64,000 bases of DNA from Schmidtea polychroa (Eukaryota): assembly GCA_044892525.1 (NCBI GenBank), contig CM097885.1, forward strand, positions 30,506,001 through 30,570,000, read 5' to 3'. Below the pieces are notes generated by a model. It saw nothing but the letters and a program-made list of their open reading frames with translations. It had not been told where the DNA came from and searched no databases. A program made the translations under genes and the position numbers. Below, piece after piece: positions 12,073 to 56,470 of the stretch; within the stretch, counting starts at the first letter, position 1, and every line of letters starts with the position of its first letter.

Positions 12073-14063
12073 ATTTCATTCATCGCTGTAAGGAACTAAA
12101 AAATTATCCTACAACGATTGACAACGTACACTTAACTCAGATTCTCAACAAAGATCAAAACATCAATGGATTAAATATAAACAAGACTTAAAAACATGTA
12201 AACAAAACATTAGCATGAAATAAAACTTTAATAAAAATAAAATTATAAAATGTTACTAACACAAAAGAATAGTCACTTCAAGATCTCTTGAAAAAATTTG
12301 AGCATAAATTTCATTCATTTGTGACAAAAATGCGTTCGGATATGTAGCCTGATTTTGGTGTGTATGTTTTAGTGCATTTAAACAAGTTCAAATTCTTTAA
12401 ATCAATTTCTTTTGCATTTAATTTTATCAATTTTTGTGGCAATTTTCGATTATCTACTATTTAATTTATTTGTATCATTTGATATCTAATTAATTTTTTA
12501 TTAATTGTGATTCCATGATAGATTTCACATTTTTTTTGGTTAAATTCGTAGTTTTTATTTTATTTTTCTAATTGATTTTTTCCATTATTTTATTCTTTAT
12601 TTCTATTCATCGCCTTAAATTTGAATTTGTATCAATTGTGTTATTTATTTATGTTATATTTATGTTTATTTCGTGCTATACTTCTCGCGGTTATTTATTT
12701 TAATTTTTTTTTTATGTTTCTCGATTTTGATGTTATGTTTGCTCATTTTTTCGTGTTTACTTTGTATTATCTATATATTTTGATTTAAATCAACCTAAAG
12801 ATATGTCGGCATGTTGTGTTCAAGCATTTTGGTCAAATTTCTTGTTTCCTTTGGGTCAAAATCAGTTTTTGCTCAATAATTGATTTATAAAAATGAATTA
12901 AATTTTACTAAATGTTAATTTTTAAATCCTCACAATTATCATATTATAATCAAAGAATTGGTACCAAAAACATTTTCAGTACATTTATTATGATTGTGTG
13001 TGTGTGTGTGTGTGTTGAGTAGAAATTAAATAAAAAATATTGCATTTTAATAATATCCTTGATGTAATGAAAAATTTTATATATACATTGTTTTCTCCAA
13101 CACACAAATTTATTTAAACACAATTAAAAGTGGGGATACTATTGCACATAATAGAAAAATTATTTATTTTATCATCATATAAATACTAGTCTTTTTATAT
13201 GATTTTTATAATAATAATAATATTTAACTAAAACTAAGATTAGTGATTAAATCATTTTAAAATTTTGCTTTTCGACGGAGAATGACGTGAATTTGAAATC
13301 AATTTAATTTTCTCACAACTTAAATATTTTTGACATCTTTTTAAATTGTCAATTTCATTTACAAAAAATTATACTGACAGTTTTCAATATCATTATTAAA
13401 ATAAAAATTTCAAATCGGATTTCAATTGAAAAAAATCGAAAAATGGCGTCATATTTTGGAATTGTTCTCAAAATAAAAGCAATAATTTTAAATAATTAAC
13501 ATTTTCACATTAAGTAATGATTTTTTTCATTAAAATTCAATATTATATTTGGAAATTGTTTTATTTGATATAGATTGTGAAATCATTTGTATCAAATTTC
13601 AGCTCATTCAAACAAAATAAATAATTTTAAATAAAGAAAGAAAACGTTAAATTTTATTTATTGATTAAATTCCTGGATTCGAAATTAAAGATTTATTAAT
13701 ATTTATTTTTAATATTTATAACATGCACCTAACTTAACTTATCTTAATCAAAATTGAATTCAATTTCGCCTTTCACTGTACTTTTTCTTTATCCATTAAA
13801 CATTTAATTTATGCTTGAATTTTGAAATATATTTTCTGATATTGTAAAAAACTTTCAAATCAAAATATAAGAAAAAATATAAAAATAGTTTTTTTTTAAA
13901 TTTCAGTCTTTCATGCTATGGTCTGAATTCACCATTACATGTAATTACTTTTCATCAGGTCTAAAATACGTTTTTTAAATAAAATATATTACATTAAAAG
14001 ATTGCAAATTAATGGTTCTTTTAAAAATTAGTAAAAATAAAATTTCTTTATTGACTTCTTTAA

Positions 14064-14289
14064 CCCCTTAACGCGCATGAAGAGAGCGTAACTCGGGTAA
14101 GTGTTACTGGCAAATTTGTGCATGCCCGAGAGAGACTCGGGTATACGAAATATAAAGTTTTGTTTAAGATTCACTAACTATTATATCTCGGGCAGTGTAA
14201 TAAAAAGATTTTTAATAAAAAATAATTTATATTCATTTTGACTATATTTTTGACTATTTTTGCCGTTGTATAAAAAAAGCGTTAAGGGG
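14064..14289. mobile_element. piggyBac-type MITE
   Basis: TTAA-CCCCTTAACGC ... GCGTTAAGGGG-TTAA (11-bp TIR, TTAA TSD). Confidence 0.85.
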
Positions 14290-14716
14290 TTAATCAAAGT
14301 TTTAATCTACCTTAAAGACTGTGAAATGAAATGATAATAAGGCATACTCATCAATCCTTGTAAATCTAAAGTTGCTAAATTTCTCTCTTTTCGTTTATTA
14401 GGATTAGTTAAGGTTACTTTAGATAATTAGACATGCGTACGTTTTCAACATTATTAAAACTATTTTTCACTGGTTATTTTACTGTCTAAGTATTTATTAG
14501 ATTGGCTTACTAATATTCCCCATTCGTGTCCGGTAGTACTGCATTTTTAGAATGATTAAAACAAGGTAATTAAAATCAACTAAAAATGTTAAACAATACA
14601 TGTTAAGAAATTGCAACACTTATAAATGTCACAATCTCATTTAATCTTGGTAAACAATTTATTGTTTATTATTTGAAAATTTAATTCTGCTTATGTCACG
14701 CTGTCTTTATTTTCAG

Positions 14717-44544
<29,828 letters not shown>

Positions 44545-45349
44545 TCATTTGGATCTAACTGTACAAGCCAATACATTATCATGTCATTACTGAATTATTT
44601 AAGAGTTCTTCTAATATAAAAGTTTTTGTGAAAACCATTACGAAATGAGAAATATTATTTTCTTTGTTCGTTACTGTCATATTCAATTAATTAGTGCCAT
44701 CTCTTTGTATATGTTCTAAAATTTATGTACTTTTGCATTTGTCACTTTTTGAATTATTGCCCTACAATAACACACACACACACATATACACATATATATA
44801 TATATATATATATTTCAAGGTCAACATAGTTTTATAGAGAAATAAGCAGAAATAAATTTTATACAAGGTGACTTAATCATAATTTGATACACAAATGGCT
44901 TGTTGTAAATATTACATTTTTCATTCAGATTGAATAATTTTTATAGAGTTTTCATTGTAAAAATGTATAGATAGAATTGTTTTCTTATATACATATGAAA
45001 ATACATATATGAAAAATACATATGAAATATTCAAAAGACCTACCTAATTTCGGTCGTGTGTATGTTTATATACATTTTATTGAATAATTTGTCTTTTTTG
45101 CAATTTACTTTCTGTTACTAAAGATTTACTTGAATAAGATTTCGATGTAATTTACTGCGATAAAATATATATTTTGCTCTTCACTGAAATGTCCTCTAAC
45201 TTTGTTGCAATATAATGTTTTAGATTGTTTTGGAAAGATGTTATTTAATTGTGAATGTTATCTATACTTTAATAAGCTATTAGACTTAATCGTCAAAAAG
45301 CGTTTCAACAGTCACATTTACGCCAGATTGTGTCAGCATTCACAATTAA

Positions 45350-46612
45350 CTCTCTGAGGTCCGCCACTTACAAGCACGACGCAAAAATTGTTTTTTGTTG
45401 AAAATAGTTTATGTTATCCGAACTAATGCAGCTTATGAATTGATTATGCGGAAAAATTAAAATCGTATAATTTCAGCAAGGTAGCAAGTTTTCTGCAATG
45501 GGCCTTTAAGGGCAAAAATGAGACACCTTCCATAAAAGCAATATATTTCAGTTTTGCGGATTGTGGTACACAAAAAGGCAGTCAGACAAAGAAAATCATT
45601 GCACTTAACCCATTTAAAGTGTACAAAGATGATAGAGGATGGGCAAATGCAGCATCATTGTGGTTTTGCTTAATAAACAAAGAAATTTCCAACGTTGTCA
45701 AGTCTAATTATAACAGGCTGTCGTCCATGACTTCTATTAGATGACGTTCGTTTTCAGTGCGGGAGAGGCATTTCATTTGCTCGTGAAGGACGACCCATCG
45801 GTGCTTTGAATTGGATGACTCTATTGACAACTTGCAGCTGAAAAGCTTTCACTGACATATAACACTTTCTCTTTGAGAAGGAATGTCGTCTTAATAGTAG
45901 TCAATCATACACTTTTTACATGGAAGTTATATAGCGAGGTAATTAAATTGTGAGGTCTATGTCTGCCAGGAACGTGTTGTATTCTATAATAAAAGAAGGG
46001 CAAGGGATAAATTGGTGTTCTATTTTGTTTCTGTCATATATTTTAATATGAGTTTCCGAGTGAATCCCAACATATTTGGAAATTAAGTGCACAGATCAGT
46101 TTATTTTAAAGAGCACCCGAAGCAACCTTTCGATCTCTTTAGTGTTGCTTTGAAAATCTGAGGTGTTTTTCATTGATGAAACTAGTGTTACTCTGTTCAC
46201 GAATGTTTCTCATCATAGTGTCATCAATAAAAATCTTAAATTAATCATGCAAAGTTTTCTCCTCAGTTAATTGTGACGAGTGAAACTATTCTATAAAGTA
46301 ACTAACATTGGTAGGAATTAAATCCCTTTTCTCCAAACTCGATCAAATGAAAATTTATTCAAAATTTTTTTCGTCATCAGTACTTTCGTCCTCACTGCTT
46401 TCGTTGTCTTTCACGGGTGCAGAAACATTCTCATTTTCTTCTCCATCTTGGGAGGTACTTTCATTTTCACTTTTATTGACATTGATAACTGTCATTATGC
46501 TATGCTTTTGCTTCCTCACTGGACGGTTGATTTTTATGAGCGTCATAAACAGCACGAGGAGGGCGTTCCTGAAAAAAAGATAGAGATAATATAGTCGATG
46601 TCACGTTGGTTA
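45350..46612 (-). mobile_element. Second, highly decayed piggyBac remnant
   Basis: IPCPSFIIEYNTFLADIDL (cf. P..I..YN..MGGVD); acidic N-terminus at 46355-46555; Cys-rich tail; TTAA near 46610; boundaries approximate. Confidence 0.6.
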
Positions 46613-48221
46613 AACTACAATTCTAACACAACTAAATATAAATAAAAAGAATGCTGATCAATTCATAAGTTAAAATCTTTATTATAAATATTACAAATCA
46701 ATAGCACAAGATAGTCTAACGTACAGATATTATAAATATTGTGTGCTTTTAAGTAAAGTGTATATATAAATTTCACTTTATTTTATTTTTAACATTGACT
46801 TCCGGTTTATTATTATTTTTTATATATAAATTATGAAGCATATACCTTTCATTATAAATGGTCAAATACGTATTGGGGACATAAAGGACATAAAGAGTTT
46901 TAGGAAAGGAATAAAGATAAATTATAAATAGTATTTAATAATTACTATTTCTAGAATAGATTAAATATAAACAATATAAATAGGTATCAAAATTTGAGAA
47001 AAAGGAGGAATAATTACAGATACAATAAACGAATATTAAGGACGTAAAAGAAGAAAGCGGACAATAATTTTAAGGATGCTCACAATAAACAACTACAGTT
47101 AATTTTCAATTTAAGTCAGATTGAGCATACATCACAAGTTATCAAGCCCACTGTATTAGTTAATTATCACCGTGGAATAATTATCGATTGAAAGCTCTTA
47201 AATACAATTGGAATTTTCTCAAGTTTAACATAGATAACCATTTTCGGGTTCATCTATATTTAATTCATCAAGGATAAATAATTAGTTAGTTTATTATTAT
47301 TAAATATATTTATTTTTAAACATAGAGAGGGTCAGTCATCAGCAAACATTTTTTGTAGTTGTTTTGATTTATATAAACAAACTATTAACCAATTCTCTGG
47401 GTTAATAGTATCGCGCTTAAATATCGGGAAATCCCTCTTCTTTATCCTCAGCACCTATATCGGGCTGTTAGCGCATTTAGGGCCAGCCTTGATACTTAGA
47501 AGTAATCTTCAGGGCGGTTTGAATAACCGTTATCTTAACTTTGAGCGCAGCCATTGTTGTTATTTGTAATTTAATTAGTTTGAATAAATTTTTGTATAAA
47601 TCATATTGTTATTTATTTATTCAATATTCACGCGCAACCTATTAATATCAATGGAGTCTAATTTAATCTGTGTTAGATCGAGAACAACCCATCGAACCTA
47701 ACATACGCATCAATTCATATACATATAATAGAAGATTAAGATGTAAATGTACCTAATTCAGCTATTTTGACAGTATGTCTCGCAATATCGTTTTAAATGA
47801 ACATGATAAGCTAAACATTCGTGTTTACTATTATTTTTAGCAAATTTTCTGCACATTATCATAATAGGGCTTAAGGCCTAGTGTAGCAAATTTGCACAAA
47901 ATTAAAATAATAAAACTAAATGCTTTTGGTTGCCTCATCACGTTATACAATTATTAATTATAATAAAAGTCAATAAAATAAACACGTTTTAAAATCAAAG
48001 GATTTTTTAAAGAACATACATATATTTACATATTCCGATACAAATTTTCTCTCCTGATACTAACTGATTAATACAAGCTCATCAGTAAGAACATGTAGCA
48101 AATCTAAGGTTACCAGATATTTAGATAGGCAAAGCGGGACAACTTTGATGGAGGGGTTATCAACAAACATTTTCATATAGAATAAAAATAATATGGTAAT
48201 ATTTTTTGATTTTTAACATAA

Positions 48222-49872
48222 TGTTGGGCTGAAAACGAGAACTGAGAGTTTGTTTTAATCGATCGAAAATACCTAACACAAAAACCGCAAAGTTGAAAAA
48301 AATTTATGACCAAGGTTTAATTTAAAATAAATAAAATAAACTACATCACACATTAAGAATCAATAAACCCCGTATAATAGAATAAAGAGATAAATAAATT
48401 TAACAGAAAATTCAACACTTAAAAATTTAAATAGAAAAATAATAAAATATAAAATGGAATTAGTTGAAAATTATTTAAACAATATAAAAATTAAATCGTC
48501 AAAAATAATAAAATTAATTAGCATTATGTAAATTGTAAAGTTTATAGAATTAAATGGTTATTTAACTTATTAAATTTAAAGAATAAAAATGTTTAAATTA
48601 ATAAAAATTAATATAACTCAAATTAGTTAAATTATAAAATTTGTAAAATTAAAATTAATAAAAATTAAATAAGAAATTAATTAAATTTATGAAATTAAAA
48701 CAAATAAATAATTACACACATTCATGCATGTGTGCAAAATCAATTCAATAATTCTCGCACTCTGATTGGATAGAGTACGCATTCAAAATCAGTATAAATA
48801 CTGATCACAAATTCAATTGAAAAACTCTCTTTTTTCAACATAGCCACTTAATTTGCAGAACTCTCAGTTTCGATTTTATGCCAACGTGGATGTGGTAATT
48901 TATTTGTTATTGTTTTCTGTAATTTTTATGAAGTATTTTAATTAATAAATTTAATTAATAAATGTCTCGGTTCAATTTTCTTTAGTGATCCTTTTTAATG
49001 GTTTAAATTCATTTATTCTAATTCATAGTCTCATTGAATTCAATTATATTATTTGTTGATTGTGTCGATGGTCTGGGCTGGGGAAAAGTTTGTGGACGGG
49101 CGGCACTACGTGCTGTTGTTCGGCAGATATTTCGCCGGTTGAGTCCATCGAGTTAGAGGACAGTGATAGTGATAGGAATGATTAGGGAGTGTAATGTCAT
49201 TTTAGGCCGTTTAGAATTTTATTTAGATTTAGACAATGTAGGTGGCTTAGTCACCTTTATGTTTTATAGACATAAGTGAGTTAGGAGTAAAGATGGAATA
49301 GTTGAGACCAGTTGAAGATGGATAAAGTTAGATTTATGTAATTTTTCCGACAGCTCATGATTTGAAACACAGGCAGATCCCTGCTCAAAATCTTTGAAGA
49401 ACAATTTAAATATTATGGCAAGTGTGGATTAACTTGAAAATAAGGGCCAATCCCTGCGCAAATTTTTCAAAGGATAATTTAAATATTGTAGGAAGTGTAG
49501 AATAATAATTACTAGCTGGGAAATAAGGACGGATCCCTGCACAAAATTTTATAAGAGAACAATTAGAAATACCCGTAATTGAGGACCAACAACGATCCAA
49601 AAATAGCCTATATAGTGAATAAGGACGTAAGACCTTCTATCGGCAGTCTAGAACCCGAAAAGAAAATCCAATGGGGAGTAGTTTTAGTAATAGAGCTCAC
49701 CTGCTCATTGTTTTTTCACCTTTGTGTACAGTACCAACATGGTCGTCGCCATGGGTACACAAATGGTTTAAATTGCAATAGTTATGGAGGTGCTTAGGAA
49801 AGAGTCGAACGGTTATGATTACCCCTAACGTATTTTAAATTGTAAAAAGGACACACCCCTAAGTAACCAACA
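48222..49872 (+). repeat. 5' LTR
   Basis: Direct repeat of 61949-63599; one mismatch noticed (48463 G vs 62190 T). Confidence 0.98.
48762..48805 (+). promoter_or_regulatory. Putative LTR promoter: inverted CCAAT box plus TATA box
   Basis: CTGATTGG about 30 bp upstream of TATAAATA; AATAAA signals at about 48943-48962. Confidence 0.55.
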
Positions 49873-49879
49873 TGATTTT

Positions 49880-49897
49880 TGGGGGCTCAGCCGGGAT
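49880..49897 (+). other. Primer binding site, tRNA-Pro-like
   Basis: TGGGGGCTCAGCCGGGAT versus the canonical tRNA-Pro PBS TGGGGGCTCGTCCGGGAT (16/18); starts 7 nt after the LTR. Confidence 0.85.
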
Positions 49898-52071
49898 TCC
49901 AATCAAAAAATCTGACAAAAATATACAAGTGAAAGTGACGAAATATTTACAACAAAATAAATACGATTCTAATTGATTAGATAAATTGACATTTTCGTAT
50001 TTAATTAATATCAAGATCATACCACAATTCAATCAATTATTTCAGCACTTTTATATCAATAACTTTATAATTTACTAAAAGCCAGGATGATTTCATTATT
50101 TATAACTCACAGGTTCACTATATCACATTATTATAATTGACTTTATATGCATCAAGAAAATCGTAGTTAAAAATGAATAGAAAATAAACTTGAAATACAG
50201 AGCTATTATTGCCTTTATGTATCCAATTTTATTCAACTGCATGCACATTACAATCAATGAATTTGTACACTTTAGACAATTCTATGAATGACTTTGTTAG
50301 CATATTTTTAGTGAGATATTGATGAATAATAATGCTAAATAAACCTCGGAGAACTTATAAAATCACTAAACTTATAGGGTAACTAAAACATTATTTGATA
50401 AACCAGAAAAGTGTCGATTTGCAAGAAACTCAAACGTGCACGCTGTGCTTGTTTCGGTTGGCTTGCGTGTGGATGTGATTTATGTCTGTGTTGTGCTTAC
50501 ATTTGCTGACAAGAATTATCACATTTATTTGTTGAGCAGCCGGTTAAACAGGTTTAAACTTATTCGATAAATCATGTCATCGTCCACTGACAAATTGCTG
50601 GTAAAAAATAATCGACCAAAAAGAAAAAATATAGCAACCAGAACACTTGAGAAAATGCCAACACAATGTTGTGATAGAACATGTTTGAGTAGTTGCCTGA
50701 AAATTGTGTACATGATGATTTGTTTTGCAGAGCAGTGTTGAAATGTTTTTTTTGTTTGAACTTGCATATTTGAGTCGAAATTAGCCTTATGTCAATGAAT
50801 GGAGTTGAATTGGTTGTGAAGTATCTGGAATCGGTATAAACGTGTTTATAATTCCTGGGCGGCTGTGAGAGTTGATTGTAACTGTGCTTCCAGCGATAGC
50901 TTGTTGGTATTTGACGACTGGTGTGGTGGTGCATAGTCAATGATTTTTTTTTCTCAGTGCTTTTAAGTCTACCGCTGGCGTTGTTGAATGATTCAAAATC
51001 AAGATTAAAGACTGAAAAAATTTGCCGACAACACCTGCTGTCTGTTGTCGGTTTGAGGTGATATCTGAAAAATGGGTATGTGTGTGTAGTAATAAAATAT
51101 TCCGGATTTTACTACTCAAGCTCTACGACAGTCTAGATTGAATATATAATTGTATAGTGTGTGTGCCGGCGGTATGGCATGGCATGTGTGCATGCGTGTT
51201 CTGTACAATGCGTGTGCAATTGGTTTTCTACGTTCATGAAAATCAGCCAATCAGAAACGAGATGTTTTACAGTTATTTGTTTTTCGTTTTTAGATTTCAC
51301 TTCTTTTGGATTTGGATTGTTGCTGTAATGTTCAGATGAAATTGAAATGATATGAGATTGACAGAACGAAAATGGAATACGTTTTTATTGATTTTACCAT
51401 GTCTATCAATTGGAATAATAATTCGAACATTTACTTTTGAAAATGATGCTGGAAATTTGATTAGTTCTTCGATTCATTGCAATTTCTCTCGGTTCGTTTC
51501 GTTGCTTTTGTCGATGTCGAGTAAAACTTTGAGCGACTTTTCAGTGCAGTATAGTTGGAATGGTTATATATATTTTTTATTGATTTTATGGACTTTACTA
51601 ATTAAATCAAGTATGTTTTATAAGTATTTTAAAATTCAGTTTTTAATAAAATTATGTATGGCTTTCTATTTTTGATTTAATTGGTTAAAATAAAACAGAA
51701 AATTGTCAAATTTGCATGTATGAAAATGATTTTTAATTATGTTACTATGGCATTTTGTACTTGTATACAAATTTATATGCACTTAAATAATTATTGTTAG
51801 TCAGTAATGGGATAATCAATGTATTAATAAATCATGTCCACTGGTCAGAACCATCAATTTATTTGGTGTTATTAATCTCAGGATAGTGGTAATTTTAAAA
51901 TTTTTTATATATGCGTAAAATATTCCATTATAAATTCGTGTGTTGTATAAGTAGTGTTGATTTATGCGTCTTAGTACTATTGACTTGACTCTATATGTTG
52001 GTCTGCCTTGTCTGTAATAAAATATCACAAGTGTCCTAAACAACTGTAGTGGAATTTCTATTCTAAAAATG

Positions 52072-52197
52072 TTAGTAGATTTTATTTATGGTGCCGATTA
52101 TTGTATTCCGTTGGATTCCGAGAATGCGGCCTGATTCGTGATAATCATGGCCATCCGCCATGGATTTGATGATTCTTTCGTTGTCAGCAATGGTCAT
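52072..52197 (-). other. 41-aa antisense micro-ORF with a helix-turn-helix signature
   Basis: MTIADNERIIKSMADGHDYHESGRILGIQRNTIIGTINKIY*. Confidence 0.5.
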
Positions 52198-55100
52198 TCC
52201 ATATAGATTTTATAAAATGTCTGAAGTTTAAATGAAAAGCTTACACATTTGGCTATGAATTTCTCGAAACGAAATAGTCGATTCTGATGAGACTACAGAC
52301 ATCCTCGTACATTTTTTTTTGTTGTTGTTAATTTTAAATTGGAAAATTTCAGCTGATTAAATGCCCTTGTTGAATCAATATCCTGTTGCATGTGTCTTGT
52401 GAGCCGTGTTTGTTTGTGCTTGTTTATAATATATATATTATTAACATCGATTTTGTTTCCTATTTTTGTATAATATAATTGCCAATTTAATTTCACATTG
52501 CTAATTCATACGCACATTTATTATAGGTAAGCTAAGGTTTATATTATAAAAAACCCAAATCAGTGCCCATTCGATGGTGATCGGCTGCCGGTCGGTGTAA
52601 TTATTTACAAATTATGATGATAGTAAAGACGAAAGGGCGGGTGAAATCATACACCCGGAGAGCATGTAGATACACCGGTAAGACAAGACACTTGCAACTA
52701 TAAGTTTTTACAAATATATTTCGGTTGGTGCGCATCTTGGCAATGATTTTAATTGACACGCTTCTATACATCGAGTGCTCGTGATTGGAGCTTGATCGAA
52801 TGGTGCATTATTGACTCCTATAAAATCATGATATTGTGTTACAGGCGGTTGTTTGCAAATAAATCTTAGGCGTAATCAAAAATCAATTATCGCGTGTATG
52901 GAATTAATAATCTGTTTCGAGGAAATTGCTAGCAGTGCATTGAGGAATTTATTAGGAAATTATAAATTATACGGAGTAGCAAATCGTAATTAATTGGTTT
53001 CGACAAAATTACTCTATTTTGTAAGATAGACGGAATGTTCTTTGCTAAAAATGATTGGATACGCCCAGAACAAAAGAATAATGTATGAATATCGTTACAT
53101 CCGGATTTTAGTAAATTCAGGGTTTGACAATAGGATAAGTAAGCTAAGCTAATTTTATGAAAATAAATAAGTCTTCTCCTTGATAATTTGTCCTTGTTTG
53201 GTTGAATGGTTGAATGATGGGCCAGCAATTGGTTGAGGATTGGTTATGCAGGCTCTTGATAATATTTATGTCAATGAATTATTAAATGTTAATTGTTATT
53301 ACGTTGATTAGTGAATGGATAAACCGAAGGAATGATAGCGGCTTTAGAAGGGGAACTTTTTGAGAATATACTGATAAATGAATATGTAATGGTATGAATG
53401 ATTATATGCAAATGATATATAAGAATGTATGGATTAGGGGGTTTAGGAAAAAGCAAGCTATATATGATTCTGGTATTGAGTTGTCGATACATACAGTGTA
53501 TGATAAGGACTATTTAAACCAATTATACCCTACAGGTAATACCTTCTACGCATACCAACCCAAGGGTAGAGTACCCAAGGATGTTAAATGCATCGGTAAA
53601 ATGGAAAGACCAAACCATAAAAACGATTGAATAAAAATCCAAATGAAAAATACGATAAAACTCGACAGATAACAAAGTACCAAACGATAAATAAAGCAAA
53701 TGATAACCATGTCTTAGCTTATGCAAATGTGAATCTGAGACGAACAACATTATAGATAAAGAGATGAGTTTACCAGACGAAACCGAGCGAGTCAACAGAT
53801 TCTACTGAAAGTAAAAGAAAGTAAAGACAAGAAAAGACATCGAAACATCACGAATAGAAATGAACAAAATGAACAAAAGCGTTAAGTAAAAGAACAAAAA
53901 CAAGAACTAAACTTGCCGGTAACTCGAAAAATAAATCTGAACCAAAGACAATCGAGAATAACTGCGAAAAAAATAAAATCACGGTACAAAAATAGAGCAA
54001 AAACAAATCGAAATAAAATCTTCGTGACAAAGGCACGAGAACTAAGTTAAAAGGCAGTGAAAAACTTTGCAAAATAGGCGAACATCACAGACATCAAGGA
54101 TACGTAGAAAATGAATTTTAAAATTTATGTAGAACGGCTCAGGAAGTTAACAAAATAAATACAGAAATTAATGAAAATAAATACACAAGACACCGGAATA
54201 ACGTGGTGGATATCGACAAATGATCCAGCGAAAGAAACCAAGAAGCCCAAGGTTAGCCAAAGTAATATGAATATACAAGACAGTTATACGTACGATGCTC
54301 ATATTAATAACCGGAACGAACTATGAAAAATTATCCAACGTCAACGATAGAGAATGGGAAACAATTAGAACCAGACGGGTGAAATATACAGTAAATGAAA
54401 GAGTACAGAACACTAAACTAAGACCAGTGGGGAGAGATCTAGAAAGTATCACGAATTACGAACCCACATACATAGAAAGGGTTATGACTATATATAGTGT
54501 GAACAATGAATATATAAAGGTATATGATTATATAAAAATATATGTATATATATCAGCGCGGTATAATTAGTATATAACTTCGGGAAGTAAGATGAAATAA
54601 AATTCAGATAAAAGATTAGGAATCAATGTAGGCGAATTAATAGGATAAAACGGATCACAATGGAAATCAATCCCAATACCACCACAGGAAAAGTATGGAA
54701 GCAGAAAAGCGCCATACTATCGCAAATAACATGCAAGGAATCTCATGGAGGAACAATCTAATCGAAACTTTGAACAATGAATTTGTTCGTGAAAGAATAA
54801 TCAAGGACCAGAGAAGAAAAATTGAACTAAGTGGAAGAGAAATAGAACAAATCAAATGATAAAGCCAAATGCAAGTAAATGAACTAATAGGAATAGCTGG
54901 GGAAATCAAGGAGAGAAAGAAATGATCAGAATGTAACGGAGAATATCAGACGTAAAAAGGAAACGGGAAAAAGAAAATGCAGTAAGCTGAAGATGAAGTA
55001 CAAATAGTTATAACAAATCCAGCATAGTATTCATTGAAAATTGTTATAAGATGAGGAGTAAAATATACCGAGATGGAGGTGGAATGAGTAGAAGAACATT

Positions 55101-56425
55101 TGTACCGGTGGTTTCTGTTGCGTAAAGGAGAAAACAACGAACTATTAGCATGGTCATAACATTGAAAAGAGACGGTAATGGCAGAACTGAGTGCCAAAAA
55201 GAGGACTAATTGTATATAAATAATTGTATATATCGGTGTATACACCCCAACCAAAATGATATATAATAAAAGTAGAGGACCGATCACCATAAACAAAGAT
55301 AAAATAATGCGAAAAATCAAAACATCAAAATCTACGCTTAGTTAAGAGTAAGGAAAATCAATCAGAGAAATGGACGTTTGGCAAATATTGTAGAGAGGAC
55401 ACGAGAACAAAATAGTGAGAACCGAGAGAACACAAGATAATAAATAAATCAAATAATGAATATCGGGGACGACATTTGGCGAAGATGCGGAGGAAAATGA
55501 GAACAAACTACAAACTAAGATAACAACAAACGGGAGACCAATATGAAAGTCAAAATGGACATGAGCAATAATAGGAACAATCGGGAAAAATTATACAAAA
55601 ACATGATTGACAGAAAATGAAGAGCGCACATATATCAAAATAGAATGTGAATAAATAAACACGATAAAAATGACAAGGAAAACACAAAACGAAATGAACA
55701 AACAGGAAACAATAAGTAACAAATTCACAGAAAGAAAGCAAGGTCAAAGACATTTGAATGAAAAATCAAAATTACGAGAAACAACAAATATAAAATGAAA
55801 CGCGATACAATATAATAGAACAAAAGTGAAAGCTTAACATCACGACACGGAAAATAAGAATAACAAGAGACACTCACAAAAATGAGACCAATTAGAAACA
55901 TTGAACAAAAGTTTTAGTTATGGAAAACGAACATACTGCCTACTTTTACTATGGAGCAAAAAGTTACAATAATGAAAAACGAACGGACTGTCTACTTTTA
56001 TTACGAAGCAAAAAGTTACAATCGTGGGAATTTCAATGATAAATTTGAATAAATTCAGAAATGATAGAAACAATAATATCAATCACTCCAGGAACAGCTA
56101 GGGAGAAATGCGTACAGATGTAGATATCCAGATATAGGTGGATATATTTATGAATATATGTTTATGAATAAGGGTATATGTATAAGTATATGCGTGTATA
56201 TGTAGACATAGATAAACAATTAAATGAGATAATGAATATAAATGACCAATCAAAGTTACGCGCCAAAAGTAAAATAGCAAATAGATGCGGAAATAAGTAA
56301 AAATAAAAAATACAGGGAGTGGAACAACGAGGCCCATAAACAGAAAAACAACAAACAAATTTTGAAAACGTAAAATATACGAAATGAGAAACATTATGAC
56401 GGGGAAATCAGTGAGAGGTCACATA

Positions 56426-56427
<2 letters not shown>

Positions 56428-56467
<40 letters not shown>
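56428..56467 (+). repeat. A40 homopolymer
   Basis: Direct reading. Confidence 0.95.

Positions 56468-56470
<3 letters not shown>

Noticed and set aside
14552..14565. ATG ATT AAA ACA AG|gtaat as the CDK start exon
   Set aside because: It gives a phase-2 intron but exon 14717 needs phase 1; the start remains unresolved.
49406..49797. Short ORFs duplicated at 63133-63524
   Set aside because: Identical only because they lie in the LTRs; no recognisable domain.
52262..52300. GAAAC...GTC...CTGATGAG as a hammerhead (also CTGACGA at 56908)
   Set aside because: Stems I and II cannot form adequately, and the second site lacks the GAAA after its stem.
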